From Eledone cirrhosa (lineage: Eukaryota): a stretch of 64,000 nucleotides of DNA. Made by a program: the position numbers and the translations under genes. Under the pieces are notes generated by a model. It ran no database searches and was not told the origin of the DNA. It saw only the letters and a list, made by a program, of their open reading frames with translations. The DNA lies in NCBI GenBank assembly GCA_964016885.1, contig OZ024743.1:162874001-162938000 (forward strand). The letters run 5' to 3'. Positions 62,340 through 64,000 of this stretch are shown here, one piece after another (the first letter of the stretch is position 1; each line of letters starts with the position of its first letter).

Positions 62340-63450
62340 TGCCAAAAAGTATATTCATGTTTTGTCGACCTTTAGAAGGCATATGACCGCGTTCCTCGGG
62401 ACCTGTTGTGGAAGGCTGTGCAGGAGTATGGGATTGATGGTCAACTTCTTGCTGCTCTGGTGTCTTTATACGAATGCCTGAGTATTTGTGTTCAGATAAA
62501 TGGTGCTAAATTAAAACCATTCAATGTGGGAGTCGGACTCCACTAAGGGTGCATACTGTCACCTCTTCTGTTCATTATTTACATGAACAAGATTGACATG
62601 CACATCCGGGTTGGATGTAGTATCATGACTGGCGGGTGTAAAATCAGTCGAATAATTAACTTAACAGAAGATGATCTCCAATTTGCACTTGAAAGGTTTG
62701 AGGCTGGGTGCTGCATGGCTGGAATGAAAATCAGTGCTGCGAAAACAGACACTTGTCCTCACAAGGAAGCCTGCGCATTGCACTCTACATTGAATGGAGT
62801 TCCACTGAAGCAGGTAGAGAAGCTCAAGTATCTCAAGGCAGTGTTCGCAAGTGATGGCAGACAGGAGGCTGAATTAAGTGCAAGAATTGCAAAAGCTGGT
62901 GCAGTAATGCGCCAGCTACAGTATTCAGTAATCAGAAGAAGGGAGGTAAGCGTAAAAGCCAAACTCGCTAACTTCAATTCGGTTTTCATGCCAACTCTTA
63001 CCTATCGTCATGAATCTTGGGTAATGACCGAAAGAATTCAATCACGAAAACAAGTAGCCAAAACGAGGTTCCTTGAAAGGGTCTTTGGAGTAACGTTACT
63101 TGATAGAGTGTGTAACTTGGAGATCATAGTCACTCCAGGCAGAGCCGCTACTTTTCCAAATTGAGAGATCACAGTTCCGATACTATGGGCGTGTGGTTAG
63201 AATGTCTCAGGAAGGAATTGTTGGACAGATTTTACAGGCAAAACCAACTGGCAAGAGACCCAAGGGTAGACCCTGAGCAAGATGGTTGGATAATATCCAT
63301 GAGCTTGGCTGGTCATGCTTGGGGATCCAGCCAGATCCAACTGCATCCAGTTGGAGATGGTTGCTTCTGACAGGACCCACTAGAAGGAGTGTTTGAGGAC
63401 TCTGCCCCCATGACCCTCTCAGGCATAAGTGGGCAAAGAAAAAGAAGCAA
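62340..63450 (+). mobile_element. RTE-like LINE, second family, 3' half
   Basis: FVDLxKAYDRVPR, GCILSPLLF, QVEKLKYL, TYRHESW. Confidence 0.85.
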
Positions 63451-64000
63451 TCCTGCAACAATTAGTTTTCTTTAGACAAAAACGTTATAAATGACAAGAA
63501 ATCTCATATGTTATAAAATAAATGGATTTTAAATTGAGACAACCTAGAAAAGTTGTAAGTTTTCCACCCCCACCCCTATTATTTGGGACTTGAGAGTAGG
63601 TTCAATTTTGCCAGAAAAACATAGGCAGGGAAGGATTTCTAAGGGTTGCAATTCTGAGGAGAAATGATTATGTTTAGTGTAGGATCTGGAGTTGAGACGA
63701 GACAGTAACTAGAGTAGATGTGGAAAGTGTATCAAGTGTGCTTCTAAGTGAACAACTATGGCATACATAAGATAAAATATGTTTGCTATTGAAAATGTCC
63801 AATCTGGAGTGGTGCTGATAGTTTTAACAAAAAGGCTCTGTTTTCATCTAATGTAGTATGCTCCAATGATAAACATGCAATATGGCTGAGTGCATAAGGT
63901 ATTGAACTACTTGCTGATAGGCCAAAGTTCAAGTCTGTTGCAAATGTTTTGTTTTTCTGGATGGAACATTTTATTATACATTTTTTCATTTCATCTAGCT

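Overview
Repeat-dense eukaryotic (animal) genomic DNA. The microsatellites and RTE/CR1/SINE mix look cephalopod or octopus-like, which is an inference only. The window holds the first nine coding exons of ORC2 on + (32206-62017, frame-consistent GT-AG splicing, gene runs off the window). It also holds the probable last exons of an unidentified + strand gene (15901-21590, including a candidate 12-nt microexon). The rest is mostly decayed mobile DNA: RTE and CR1 LINEs, three CRE-like RLE retroelements, Helitrons, tRNA-derived SINEs and a pogo-type MITE. The most striking structure is at 28666-30105: a nearly mutation-free non-coding 466-bp unit arranged as tandem plus inverted copies (about 659-bp palindrome arms) between (TA)n tracts. 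It carries two intact minimal type I hammerhead ribozyme motifs on opposite strands, i.e. a Penelope-like/retrozyme-like element. Element boundaries are read by eye and approximate unless stated otherwise.
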